A DNA stretch of 63,889 bases, counting the filler, from Acidimicrobiia bacterium (GTDB lineage: Bacteria > Actinomycetota > Acidimicrobiia > Spongiisociales > JAHEDJ01), in assembly GCA_029210695.1 (NCBI GenBank). It is 4 parts of 4 records of this genome, joined end to end, with 100 filler letters (N's around TTAATTAATTAA, not from the genome) between each part and the next. Parts side by side here need not be neighbours in the genome. Positions count along the whole stretch, not along the records: positions 17,539 to 34,917 come from JARGFH010000069.1; positions 35,018 to 52,322 come from JARGFH010000070.1; 2 more parts are not named here. One strand, written 5' to 3'. A program made the translations under genes and the position numbers. The notes under the pieces are model-generated. The model did not search any database. It saw nothing but the letters and a program-made list of their open reading frames with translations, and was not told where the DNA came from. Below are positions 32,927-42,402 of this stretch, piece by piece. Position 1 is the first letter of the stretch; the number at the start of each line of letters is the position of its first letter.

Positions 32927-34689
32927 TCGCCCGGGTCGTCCCGGACATTCCGAGTTTCGCAGTTGATGGTGGATTTCGTTACGCGATTCCTCCCGATCTC
33001 ACCGTCGAACTCGGGACCATGGTTCGCATCTCGTTGGGTGGTCGGAAGGTGCGCGGCTTCGTCGTGGGTTTCGAACGCGGCCCGGAGGAGGGCCTCAAAC
33101 CGATTCGCGCCCGATCGGGAGATCGTCCGGTCTTCAATGATCGGTTGTTGCAGACCCTCCGCTGGGCATCAAATCACTATGTAGCCCCGCTCTCAACGTT
33201 GCTGCGCAGGGCTGCGCCGCCGAATCTTCCGCGTAGCCCGAAACGCACGCCTCGCACGGTGGTGACGCCGGTCAACTCCGGAACAGCGGCCGCCGGCCTT
33301 GGGTTTCGGATCGCGGCAGGAAGCACCCGCAACGCCTACCTTCAGGCGGCAGACCCGGACGACCTGGCCGACCTCGTCGCACCGGTCGTAGCAGGCGGTT
33401 CGTCGGTGTTGATCGTGGCTCCCACTGCCTTGGAAGCGGAGCAGATTCTCGATCGACTGAACCGGGACTTCGGAGACGTCGTCCTCGCAGCCACGCCCGA
33501 AACCACCGATCGCGAGGTGACAACAGCCTGGAGCAAGGCTGCGTCGCACGGCGGCTACATCGTTGTGGGAACGCCCAGGGTATCTCTCTGGCCGGTTGCA
33601 CAACTCGGAGCGGCGATCATCGTCGGCGAGGCGCGGCGTGCGATGAAGGATCGGCAAACACCAACGATCCACGTCCGCGAGGTGCTCCGGGCGCGCAGCG
33701 GCGTCGAACGATTTGCTCTCGTTCTGACCGGATTGGTTCCGTCCACCGAGACGATCGCCGCGGGAATTGAGATAGTGGCCGCAGCTCCCCGCCGACCCTG
33801 GTCGCTTGTCGAATTCGCCGATCGGAGTGAAGATCCGCCGGGGACGAGCCCACTCTCCCAAAGAGCCAAGACGGCGATCGCGTCCACCGTGAATCGCGGC
33901 GAACACGTCTTCGTCTTCACTCATCGACGGGGCTACGCCCCCGTCTTTCGCTGCGTTCGCTGTCGAGCCTTGAGGGTGTGCACTACGTGTGGGGCCAGAG
34001 CGGGTAGAGATTTGGAGTGCCGGCGCTGTGGTGCCCTACACGGGCCTTGTGCCTCATGTGGCGGCGACCATTTCGAACCGCTCGGGGCGGGTGTCGAACG
34101 GGTGGTTGAACTCGTGCGGCGGTTCGTTGATGCCGAAAAGGTGGGTGTAGCCGGTGAGGGTCGCCTGGTCACAGTGGGGTCGGTGCGAGATATTCCTGCG
34201 GTAGGCCGCTGTTCGTTGGCGGTGGTCGTGGATGCCGACGGATTGATCTTGGGCACCGATTATCGGGCAAGCGAGGACGCCTTGCGGTCGCTGGCGAGAG
34301 TAGCCGCGCTGGTCGGGTCGGGTAGAGGACTCCGGACCATCGTCCAGACGTCGAATCCTCAGCACCCAGTGCTGGAAGCCCTTACCAGAGGTGATGTGGG
34401 TACGTTTCTCGCCGCAGAAGTCGAACAGCGGGCCGCCTTCGGGTTTCCGCCGGCAGGCGATCTCATCGTCCTCGAATGCCGGACCTGCCCGGAGGAAGCC
34501 GATGTGAAGCTACGGGGTCGCCTCCCGGGTATCACCGTGCTCGGCCCTGCTCCAATCGATGGGGGATTGCGGTGGCTCATACAAGGTAGTGATCTGACCC
34601 GGACACGTGCCGAACTCCGGAACCTGGCCGGTGAATGGCGCGATGCCGGGGCCGGTCTGCGGATCGATGTTGATCCGGTTGATCTCTAG
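32923..34689 (+). CDS. priA: Primosomal protein N' with degenerate helicase motifs
   Basis: N-terminal 3'-DNA-binding domain, RRGYAP, four CxxC pairs, IDVDP end; no GKT/DEEH. Confidence 0.85.
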   Translation: MIARVVPDIPSFAVDGGFRYAIPPDLTVELGTMVRISLGGRKVRGFVVGFERGPEEGLKPIRARSGDRPVFNDRLLQTLRWASNHYVAPLSTLLRRAAPPNLPRSPKRTPRTVVTPVNSGTAAAGLGFRIAAGSTRNAYLQAADPDDLADLVAPVVAGGSSVLIVAPTALEAEQILDRLNRDFGDVVLAATPETTDREVTTAWSKAASHGGYIVVGTPRVSLWPVAQLGAAIIVGEARRAMKDRQTPTIHVREVLRARSGVERFALVLTGLVPSTETIAAGIEIVAAAPRRPWSLVEFADRSEDPPGTSPLSQRAKTAIASTVNRGEHVFVFTHRRGYAPVFRCVRCRALRVCTTCGARAGRDLECRRCGALHGPCASCGGDHFEPLGAGVERVVELVRRFVDAEKVGVAGEGRLVTVGSVRDIPAVGRCSLAVVVDADGLILGTDYRASEDALRSLARVAALVGSGRGLRTIVQTSNPQHPVLEALTRGDVGTFLAAEVEQRAAFGFPPAGDLIVLECRTCPEEADVKLRGRLPGITVLGPAPIDGGLRWLIQGSDLTRTRAELRNLAGEWRDAGAGLRIDVDPVDL

Positions 34690-34740
34690 GAGTAGGCAGA
34701 AGGCAGTAGGCGATAGGCGGTGTAGAGGGTGGTGGGTGGC

Positions 34741-34873
34741 GAGTTTCGGAGGAACTCGAATTCGCCGGCGTTGGCTGGTATGCCTCGGCCCGAGTTTCGG
34801 TGGAATTGGAATCTGCTGGTGTTGGCTGGTATGCCTCGGGCCGAGTTCCGGAGGAACTCGAACCTGCCGGTGT
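34741..34873 (+). repeat. 51-bp imperfect tandem repeat (~2.6 copies)
   Basis: Units start at 34741, 34792, 34843 (GAGTTTCGGAGGAACTCGAA...TTGGCTGGTATGCCTCGG). Confidence 0.8.
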
Positions 34874-34917
34874 GAGCCGGCAGGCGACCTGCCACGGGAG
34901 CGGTTTGGTAATTGGGC

Positions 34918-35017
34918 NNNNNNNNNNNNNNNNNNNNNNNNNNNNNNNNNNNNNNNNNNNNTTAATTAATTAANNNNNNNNNNNNNNNNNNNNNNNNNNN
35001 NNNNNNNNNNNNNNNNN
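34918..35017. other. Artificial contig linker
   Basis: N-run with TTAATTAATTAA. Confidence 0.95.
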
Positions 35018-35102
35018 CGAAATCCGCGTGACGGCTGGTACCTGTGGATAACGCCTCGTGGCGGCCCGTCCGTTAGAAGATCCGTTAGAAGACCCGGGTG
35101 AT

Positions 35103-35882
35103 CTACTCGATCAAGGCGAACACGTCGGCCACCACCAGCTCAGCCGCGACGTCGATGTCGTAGCCCTCGGGCCAGGCCGTCACCAGCGGGCGGATGTCTT
35201 CGCGGAACGCCGATCGTTTCACCTTCTCGCGCAGGTTCAGCTCGGCACGGCGTGCGGTGTACCCGTCGGGCCGATAGGGACCGAAGGCATCGACGATGGA
35301 CGACGCCGGAACACCGAGCCGGGTCAGGGCCAGCCAGAGATCGAAGAGGTCGCGCCCCTTCGATCGCTGGAACAGGGCTCGGATCTTCGTTGCCACGACC
35401 TCGTCCAGGGTGAAGGTGAGCACGTCGGCGCTACCGGCGAACCAGGAGGAGTCAACGTGGAACGGGATCTTGACCGGTGGGCGGGCCGGTGAGCGCTCGA
35501 AGGTGTTGACCTCGATCTTGATCCTCATCGGACCTGCCCCGGTCTCATACTGCGCGCGCAGGAACATCTTGGGGTGCTCGGTGAGTCTCGTCCGCACCTC
35601 CATACCAAGTCGCTTGCCGATCTGGGTGACCGCCCGGGTGAGTTCTCGGATCCCGCCGCCAGTGCTGCGGACGTAGTCGAGGTCCTCGCTGTAGCGGAGC
35701 GGTTCAGGTGCATGGAGCTTGTGCAAACAGGTGCCGCCTCGGAACACCAGCTCGTCACCGAGGTAGCCGTCGTTGGCGATCTCGGCGATGAGCCGGGACA
35801 ACAGCAGGTCCTGCTCGATCTGCTCCACCGTCGGCCACGGCACAGTGCGGCCCCATTCGGTGATGGCCGCTTGGGGGATCAC
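35103..35882 (-). CDS. abiEii: AbiEii-family nucleotidyltransferase toxin (type IV TA)
   Basis: QIEQDLLLSR, FRGGTCL, RYSEDLD, KIRALFQRSKGRDLFD; GTGA overlap with antitoxin. Confidence 0.92.
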   Translation of the reverse strand: MIPQAAITEWGRTVPWPTVEQIEQDLLLSRLIAEIANDGYLGDELVFRGGTCLHKLHAPEPLRYSEDLDYVRSTGGGIRELTRAVTQIGKRLGMEVRTRLTEHPKMFLRAQYETGAGPMRIKIEVNTFERSPARPPVKIPFHVDSSWFAGSADVLTFTLDEVVATKIRALFQRSKGRDLFDLWLALTRLGVPASSIVDAFGPYRPDGYTARRAELNLREKVKRSAFREDIRPLVTAWPEGYDIDVAAELVVADVFALIE

Positions 35883-36697
35883 GACGACTCCTCGTCCGGG
35901 TACTCGGCCACGATCACATTCCAACGCCGATCGAGGGTCCCGGATCGTCCGTGGCCGGGGTCCAACGGAGTGGGCGTGGCCCGCGCTGACGCAAGGGGTA
36001 CCAGCGGTTCGGTGTCGACTTCCACGTCGACTCGCCCGGCCATGTAGTCGAGGAGCCATCCGGTACGTTGTACGATCGACGCCGGATAGTCGGAGGCGAC
36101 CTCGGCGAGACGACCAACATCGAGACCATCCTCAATCAGCATGTCGCCGATGATGGTCGCCACGTTGAACAAGGCCCCACTTGCATTTGGGAAGGAAACC
36201 AGATCGAGCACGGTGGCCTCCGGGGTGGACACACGCATGGTCCCGGTTGGGGTGTTGACGACACCCGTGGGACGATCCGACGTATGCACGGAAGTGATGA
36301 ATTCGATTCGAACCCGCCCGAATGTCCGAGACCGAAGCCGCGCCGGCGTCATCACCTGAAAGACCTGAGGACGCTGATGGGAGAACCCGTGGATCTCGGC
36401 CGCCGACAGGAGGCAGACGTAGTAGTCGTGGCCGAGATGGCGCATCATCGGATCCACGAAGTGGGCCGCCGGGACGGCACGCCAGGAGCGGTACTCGGGT
36501 GGGATGGCAACGTACAATCCCGTGGTTGGGCTGAACAGATGCCCGCGCCGCCGCGACTGAGCCAACGACGGTGCTACGTGGTGCTCCGGGATTCCCAGTA
36601 GCTCAGCGGCCTCGGTCGTGGTCACCCAGTGTCGACCACGAGCCAGCAACCAGTCAGCCAACTCGCGCGGTCCAAGCGAAGCTGTCACATCAGTCAT
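35879..36697 (-). CDS. abiEi: AbiEi-family antitoxin (type IV TA); original ATG at 38657-38655, separated by the intron
   Basis: N-terminal wHTH, YYVCLLSAAEIHG, STPEATVLD, QRTGWLL motifs. Confidence 0.9.
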   Translation of the reverse strand: MTDVTASLGPRELADWLLARGRHWVTTTEAAELLGIPEHHVAPSLAQSRRRGHLFSPTTGLYVAIPPEYRSWRAVPAAHFVDPMMRHLGHDYYVCLLSAAEIHGFSHQRPQVFQVMTPARLRSRTFGRVRIEFITSVHTSDRPTGVVNTPTGTMRVSTPEATVLDLVSFPNASGALFNVATIIGDMLIEDGLDVGRLAEVASDYPASIVQRTGWLLDYMAGRVDVEVDTEPLVPLASARATPTPLDPGHGRSGTLDRRWNVIVAEYPDEESS

Positions 36698-38654
36698 TGG
36701 TAGTCAGGGGCGCAGTGCCCGCATTGCGGGTCTGTTTCCCCGTTCTCCTTTCAATCCGTGCGTGCGGTTTTCCCGCACACGGCTTACCGACGGTCTTCTT
36801 AGCATGGTTACGCAGCCTTCGGGTAGCGGATAGTGCCCATGAGCTTGTGCAGGCCCTGGTCGTGGAACCAGGTGCGGGTCCAACGGTCCGCCTGGCCGGC
36901 ATGGAGGTTGCGGCCCCGCTTCTTGATGAGAAGACGTTTGAGCCGCCACGCCACATAGCCGTCCAGAGAAACGAACTTGTTCGCCGCGTTCCCGGTGCGG
37001 AAATAGTTGCCCCATCCCCGAAGGAACAGGTTGAGGTCGCCGATGACGTCCTCCAACTCCCATCCGACCCGACTCCGACCGGTGAGAGCCTTGACTCTGG
37101 TCCGTGCCCGTTTCATCGACCGTTGCGACGGCCACCGGTGCAAGTAGTAACGCACGATGCGTTTCTGTTCCCACAAGCGACCCGACATGCGGGCATGAAA
37201 ATGGCAACCCAAAAAGTCGAAACCCTCAGCACCTTCCCGGAGATCAACCACACGGGTCTTGTCCGGATGCAGTACCAAACCGAGTTCACCCAACATGGCG
37301 GTTGCCCGCCGCTGGGCATCCTCGGCCTGTTCCCGAGTTGAGCACAACACCACGAAATCGTCCGCATAACGGACCAACTCCCCGATGCCGGACTCAACCC
37401 AGACCCGATCGAATGCATGTAGAAAGATGTTGGCCAACAACGGGGAAATGACCCCGCCCTGAGGTGTGCCGGTAACCGTCTCACGCCTCACCCCATCAAC
37501 CATCACTCCTGCACACAGCCACTGACGCAACAGCTTGAGTACCCGCCTATCCGATACGCGCCCAGCAACCAGACCCAACAGGCGGTCATGGTCGATACTG
37601 CCAAAGAAATCCCGAATGTCAGCCTCAAAGACAAACTGTTGTCCTCGAGGGAACGCCACCCGAATCACCTCCAACGCATCAGTGGCCGAACGTTTCGGAC
37701 GGAACCCGAAACTCACAGACAGAAAATCGGCCTCGAAAATCGGTTCAAGGACGATCTTTGCTGCCTGCTGGCACACCCGGTCACGCACCGTAGGGATACC
37801 CAAAGGCCGTCTAGAGCCGTCAGGTTTAGGGATCTCCACCCGACGCGTCGGCGCCGGACGATAGACACCTGCACGAAGATCCACAGCAAGCCCATCCAAC
37901 ATGCGATGAACGCCGTAATCCTCTATCGCCGCCAAGGTCACCTTATCGACCCCAGCAGCGCCACGATTCGCTCGGACCCGTTCCCACGCCTCCCACAAGA
38001 CGTCACTCCTATAGATACGGTCATACAGGGCATGGAAACGCCGCCCCTCCGACTGCTTGGCCGCAGCCCATAGCCGTCTTTGGAGTTGTCGCACTTTGTC
38101 AACCGACCCGCGTCGATCGGGGTAGTTGGACCGACCAGAGTCGGCCATGCCCTCACGCTTACCTCCATCCCCGGCATAACCGAAGCCAGGGCCCTTCCCT
38201 CCCGCCGGGTTCCTCCCAACGATCTGCGGTACTACGACCCCGTCGGACTCCCGCTGTGCTCCGCTCGATTTCACCATTGGCTTATACCAGCGGTCTCCGC
38301 CCGACAAGGCTGCACAGACGGGTCTCTCCTGTTCCGTAACGAAACCATGCACACGTGCCGCTCCCCATACCCCGAGAGGACCCGACGGCGGGCATATCCG
38401 GAACGCCAGTCCGTCGAACATCGACCTTCACCGTGACATGAACGGCTCGGCTCCTCCATTGTGTATCTGACGAGGCTGCAGGACTCGCACCTGATGGCAC
38501 TACGGCCCACGTGCTTGCTCCCTCCAAAGAGGCTTTTGACACCCCGCTCAGCCCGCCACCTCTCAGCAACGAACCGGGGCCTGCTACCGGGCTCTCCGGC
38601 GATTACCCGCACGGGACTCCCACCCGCTGGCTTCGTCCAGCTTCCAGGACGCAA
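36695..38654 (-). mobile_element. Group II intron, 1960 nt, endonuclease-less (class F/G-like)
   Basis: 5' TTGCG at 38654; domain V AAGCCGTGTGCGGGAAAACCGCACGCACGGATT (36785-36753); domain VI with bulged A in CTACC; removal restores ATG-ACT-GAT; boundaries could shift by 1 nt. Confidence 0.9.
36808..38148 (-). CDS. ltrA: Group II intron reverse transcriptase/maturase, no En domain
   Basis: RPLGIPTVRDR, GTPQGGVISPLLAN, RYADD, FDFLG, GWGNYF; ends after domain X. Confidence 0.95.
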   Translation of the reverse strand: MADSGRSNYPDRRGSVDKVRQLQRRLWAAAKQSEGRRFHALYDRIYRSDVLWEAWERVRANRGAAGVDKVTLAAIEDYGVHRMLDGLAVDLRAGVYRPAPTRRVEIPKPDGSRRPLGIPTVRDRVCQQAAKIVLEPIFEADFLSVSFGFRPKRSATDALEVIRVAFPRGQQFVFEADIRDFFGSIDHDRLLGLVAGRVSDRRVLKLLRQWLCAGVMVDGVRRETVTGTPQGGVISPLLANIFLHAFDRVWVESGIGELVRYADDFVVLCSTREQAEDAQRRATAMLGELGLVLHPDKTRVVDLREGAEGFDFLGCHFHARMSGRLWEQKRIVRYYLHRWPSQRSMKRARTRVKALTGRSRVGWELEDVIGDLNLFLRGWGNYFRTGNAANKFVSLDGYVAWRLKRLLIKKRGRNLHAGQADRWTRTWFHDQGLHKLMGTIRYPKAA

Positions 38655-38657
38655 CAT

Positions 38658-38700
38658 GTACCGATACTAACCAGAATCTTTAGATTCGATACATAACCGG
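38658..38700 (-). promoter_or_regulatory. Putative leaderless abiE promoter/operator
   Basis: TAGTAT (38669-38664) 6 nt before ATG; palindrome GAATCT-N2-AGATTC at 38674-38687; CGATAC..AACC direct repeats. Confidence 0.55.
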
Positions 38701-38801
38701 CATGCAGTAGGTGGCGCGGTGAGAGGTCGAGTAGCGAATCCCCGTAGCCACTATTCCAGCTTCCCATAGTTGGCCCTTCTCTAAGCAAAGCTTTTCATAT
38801 A

Positions 38802-38817
38802 CCCTTTACTTAAAGGG
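38802..38817. promoter_or_regulatory. Palindromic operator upstream of the Fic gene
   Basis: CCCTTTA-CT-TAAAGGG perfect inverted repeat 14 nt before ATG. Confidence 0.5.
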
Positions 38818-38831
38818 ACGGGAGCCGAAGG

Positions 38832-40100
38832 ATGGCTGAACTTCTCCAGAAACGGTGGGAGCCTCGACTCGAGGAGATGACCCGCCGCGATCGGCAGGGC
38901 TGCAGCTACGACGCCTACCTACCTGATCCTCTCGCCGGATGGAATCTCACCCTACCTGGCGACCTGGCAGCGGACATCGCGGATGCCGAGACCGCGATCA
39001 GAGATCTGAACGAGGCCGGGACGGGCCATGTCAGTCTCGAGGGTCTCGCCCGATTCCTCCTCCGAGCCGAATCGGTCGCCTCCTCCAAGATCGAGGGACT
39101 CGACGTCGGGCCACGGAGACTGGTCGAGGCGGAGGCCGCTCTCGCCCAGGGTGGCGAGACCGCCGATCGCATCGCCGTAGAAGTCCTCGGCAATATCGCC
39201 GCGATGGAGTCCGCCATCGAGCTGGCGGTCCAAACAGAGCGGTTCTCGTTGACTGATCTGTTGGAGATCCACCGAGTCCTGATGGAACGCTCACCGAGAC
39301 CCGAACTCGGAGGAGTCATTCGCGAACGCCAAAACTGGATCGGGGGCAGTTCCTACAACCCGTGCCGCGCGGTCTTCGTCCCACCACCACCGGATCACGT
39401 CGATGGCCTTCTCCGGGACCTCGTCGAGTACATGAACGGCGATGAGCACTCACCACTCGTGCAGGCCGCTATCGCCCACGCCCAGTTCGAAACCATCCAC
39501 CCCTTTGCCGACGGGAACGGCCGAACCGGACGGACGCTGATCTATGTCATCCTTCGACGGCGAGGACTCTCCCCTAGGTTTGTGCCGCCCATCAGTCTCG
39601 TCCTCGCCACCTGGTCCGACGACTACATAGCCGGGCTGACCACCTTCCGACACCTGCATCCCGCAGACAGCGTCGAGCGATCCACCGCCGCCCACACGTG
39701 GCTGCGGACCTTTTCTGGGGCCACCCTGTGGGCATGCCACGACGCTCAGATCTACGCGGCGAGGATCGACGAGCTGGTCCACCAGTGGCGGACGAACGTC
39801 GGCACCGTCCGAAAGGGATCAGCTCTCGACCTGCTCATCGACGTTCTCCCCGGAGTTCCTCTCCTGACAGTGGAATCAGCGGCCGGGCTCATCAACCGCT
39901 CTGACGTCGCCACCGGAGCAGCCATCAACCGCCTCGTCGAAGCAGGCATCCTGACCCAGCGGAACATCGGCAAGCAGCGCTACCGCATCTTTGAAGCACC
40001 GACCGTCCTCGAACTGTTCACATCGTTGGAACGCGCTCTCGCCAGCCCAACCGGCGACAACGCGACAGAACCACCCGTCCTGCCCGCACCCAGCGAGTAG
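38832..40100 (+). CDS. Fic-family protein with C-terminal HTH
   Basis: HPFADGNGRTGR Fic motif; SSKIEG inhibitory-helix motif. Confidence 0.93.
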   Translation: MAELLQKRWEPRLEEMTRRDRQGCSYDAYLPDPLAGWNLTLPGDLAADIADAETAIRDLNEAGTGHVSLEGLARFLLRAESVASSKIEGLDVGPRRLVEAEAALAQGGETADRIAVEVLGNIAAMESAIELAVQTERFSLTDLLEIHRVLMERSPRPELGGVIRERQNWIGGSSYNPCRAVFVPPPPDHVDGLLRDLVEYMNGDEHSPLVQAAIAHAQFETIHPFADGNGRTGRTLIYVILRRRGLSPRFVPPISLVLATWSDDYIAGLTTFRHLHPADSVERSTAAHTWLRTFSGATLWACHDAQIYAARIDELVHQWRTNVGTVRKGSALDLLIDVLPGVPLLTVESAAGLINRSDVATGAAINRLVEAGILTQRNIGKQRYRIFEAPTVLELFTSLERALASPTGDNATEPPVLPAPSE

Positions 40101-40116
40101 CCCCGCCGAGCCAGTC

Positions 40117-40661
40117 TCAACCATGATGACGGCTGCGGGCTTCGGCCGCACACTGCGCTCGCGTTGCGCTGACCACCTGTCGCCACGGGTTATCCCAGCC
40201 GCGACGATTCGAAGGGGGCTCGAACTCCGCGATCAACGCGTTCTCCTCACCGGGCGCGCCGGCACGAGCCACGACCGCCACGGTGAGATGAGTCGCCATC
40301 CAGTCGGATAGCCGATGGTCTCCATCAGGCTCCAGCGAGATGTTGGTGAAGTCGATCGGCTTGGGTTTCCCTCAGGTGGGTCGGCAGCGCTCAATGAGCT
40401 ACAAGTCGTCCTTCAGCAACGCTGCAAGCGACCTTCTCAGCGTGGAGCGGCCCGTGTGTCGGCACCGTGCTCTCTGCCGATCCGACGCCGCAGGCCATCG
40501 TTGGCCTTCCCAACGTAGAGGGCCTCACTCCCCGCGGTCCACGTGAGCCCATTTACTTCTGTGTCCGAATACACGACATACAACCCGGGATCAGGTGGTA
40601 TCCGGTCGGTCGAACCGATGGGAACGGAGCGGGCCCGAGCGTAACCTGACATACTAATCAC
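40117..40661 (-). pseudogene. GIY-YIG nuclease pseudogene
   Basis: PPDPGLY..ALYVGKA..GLRRRI..H, frameshift to STLRRSLAALL, in-frame stops, then LSDWM..EENALIAEFEPP. Confidence 0.7.
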
Positions 40662-40663
40662 CC

Positions 40664-41410
40664 CTAGTCACTGAACTCCGGTCGAACGATCGCCAACATG
40701 AAGTGCTCGATCCACCACAGGTCATGAGAGTCCTCGACAATCGCGTAGCGCACCTCACAGTTCGACCGGATCCACTGCTTGGCCACGTCGAGCGAGTCGC
40801 AACGTCCGGCGCGAACGAGCTGCGCTCGGAGGTTGCCACTCTGGTTTCCCATGAGATGGTTCTGGTAGACGCGCTGTCGAAGGCCCCCGGAACCGCTCGC
40901 ACGGCCGGCCCGGACGACCTCACTTGGTTGCCCGATTGACGAGAAGGCGTAGATTCCCGGAAGCTCCGGCAGACGGCCCCGAACACCGGCATCCAGTAGC
41001 ACGGGCTCAGCCGCCATCAGCCTTTCGACCCATGCCATGCCTTCAATGGCGCGTTGGTTGTACGGGCGATCGGAGGCTTGCCCTTTCACGTGCGCTCGCC
41101 AGAACTCCTCGTACTCAGCCCGGCGGGCCTTGATCGCGGTTCTCTTGAGATCGACAATCTCCTCTGGGGTCTTGTTTTTCACTTCAAACATCGTGCGGTT
41201 GCAGAACTCATTGCAAATTCGACACGCCGTCACGATGTAGCGCTCATCGTCCCGCGATGGGTGACCCCGCGGAAGAAGATGATCCCACGAGAGGTACAGC
41301 CAGGTCGGCCACTTGCTTCCGTCAACGCCGCAATAGATGCAACAAAACCCATCGCGACGATGAACTCGGTGGGCGTAGCCACGCAAGGCGTCGGAGTATG
41401 ACGCGGTCAA
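40664..41410 (-). CDS. HNH endonuclease fused to a GIY-YIG-like domain
   Basis: RD..CIYCG..DHLLP..ACRICN, then LPELPGIY..RAGRA..LRQRV..NH..E; TTGA overlap with tcmP stop. Confidence 0.75.
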   Translation of the reverse strand: MTASYSDALRGYAHRVHRRDGFCCIYCGVDGSKWPTWLYLSWDHLLPRGHPSRDDERYIVTACRICNEFCNRTMFEVKNKTPEEIVDLKRTAIKARRAEYEEFWRAHVKGQASDRPYNQRAIEGMAWVERLMAAEPVLLDAGVRGRLPELPGIYAFSSIGQPSEVVRAGRASGSGGLRQRVYQNHLMGNQSGNLRAQLVRAGRCDSLDVAKQWIRSNCEVRYAIVEDSHDLWWIEHFMLAIVRPEFSD

Positions 41411-42402
41411 CGGCCACCACCTTCCATCCCGAAGGGAACCCAAGGTGGCTCATAGGCATAGCGTTCGCCCCGAGGCTCTGGGCCTGAGGTGAGGTCACTG
41501 AGCTCATCATCGCTCAGCAGCCTAAGGATGCCCCGCGCCTCATCCTCCTGAACGAGGCGGTGCTGCGCGGCTTCTCGCCTGAGCTTCTTGAACTCCCTCG
41601 ACGCCGTGCCGTAGACGGAGGTCATGATCTTGTTCCCGATCTCATGGTCTGTGACAAAGACGAGGTAGTAGATGGGAACATTGCGAGTGTTGCGCACCTC
41701 CAACGGATGGGTCCATCCATACCGCAGATCGTGTTCCAGGCGCCAGCGCACCAGATTGAGGTACTCCTCACGAGCTTCCGCGGGTTCAAGATCGTTGGCC
41801 ACCCTCGCGTAGTAGATCCGCTCCCACGCATCGGTACCGAACATCCGCGTAAGCCGCGTTGTGTTCCTAGCTGTAACCGAACCATCCTTGGGAAGGAGTC
41901 GGATGAACATCGGCGCAGGCACCAAGATGAATAGCTCGGTCTTCGGCAAGCCTGCTCGCTTGAAGGCTGCGAGCCTCTCGATCGTCGACCATCGAAAGTC
42001 CGGCCCGTCGGGATCGATGAATGCGAAGGTCGCCGCACGATCGAAGCTCTCCAGATCACGCAGGGCGTCCACGATGGTTTCGTTGCAGTCACCCGAGATC
42101 ACCTTGAACTCCCGGCCAGGGAACTCTGCCAATAGCGCGCTCCTGAGAGCCTTCGCCACGGACTCCTGTTCAAAGAACCTGAGGACGCTGAACTGTGGCT
42201 GATCTACTGACAGCGCAATCCTGGGCGATCCCAAAATGGGTTCACCGGTCAGGCGGTCTCGACCCTCCGGCCCGCCGGCGAAGAGATCCAGGTAAATGCG
42301 CTGCGGTGACCTATTGGATGCCTTGGCGAAAGCGGCCAGGTAGTTGCGCAGCAGGTCAAGCTTGCCGCGAGTCCAGAAGCCCCAGAAACGCGGCCCGGCC
42401 AT
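41407..42402 (-). CDS. tcmP: Three-Cys-motif partner protein TcmP (methyltransferase-like)
   Basis: WT..KL..L..YL, YLDLFAG, GSPRIAL, GDCN, FAFIDP motifs; adjacent to DUF5131. Confidence 0.85.
   Translation of the reverse strand: MAGPRFWGFWTRGKLDLLRNYLAAFAKASNRSPQRIYLDLFAGGPEGRDRLTGEPILGSPRIALSVDQPQFSVLRFFEQESVAKALRSALLAEFPGREFKVISGDCNETIVDALRDLESFDRAATFAFIDPDGPDFRWSTIERLAAFKRAGLPKTELFILVPAPMFIRLLPKDGSVTARNTTRLTRMFGTDAWERIYYARVANDLEPAEAREEYLNLVRWRLEHDLRYGWTHPLEVRNTRNVPIYYLVFVTDHEIGNKIMTSVYGTASREFKKLRREAAQHRLVQEDEARGILRLLSDDELSDLTSGPEPRGERYAYEPPWVPFGMEGGGR

Noticed and set aside
34741..34873. Possible CRISPR array
   Set aside because: Whole units repeat with no unique spacers, and no cas genes are present
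36808..38148. RT as retron, DGR or defence-associated RT next to AbiE
   Set aside because: Domains V/VI, the 5' consensus and maturase motifs identify a group II intron
38271..38657. 128-aa ORF starting at the abiEi ATG and reading into the intron
   Set aside because: Overlaps structured intron domain I; by-product of the insertion with no recognisable motifs
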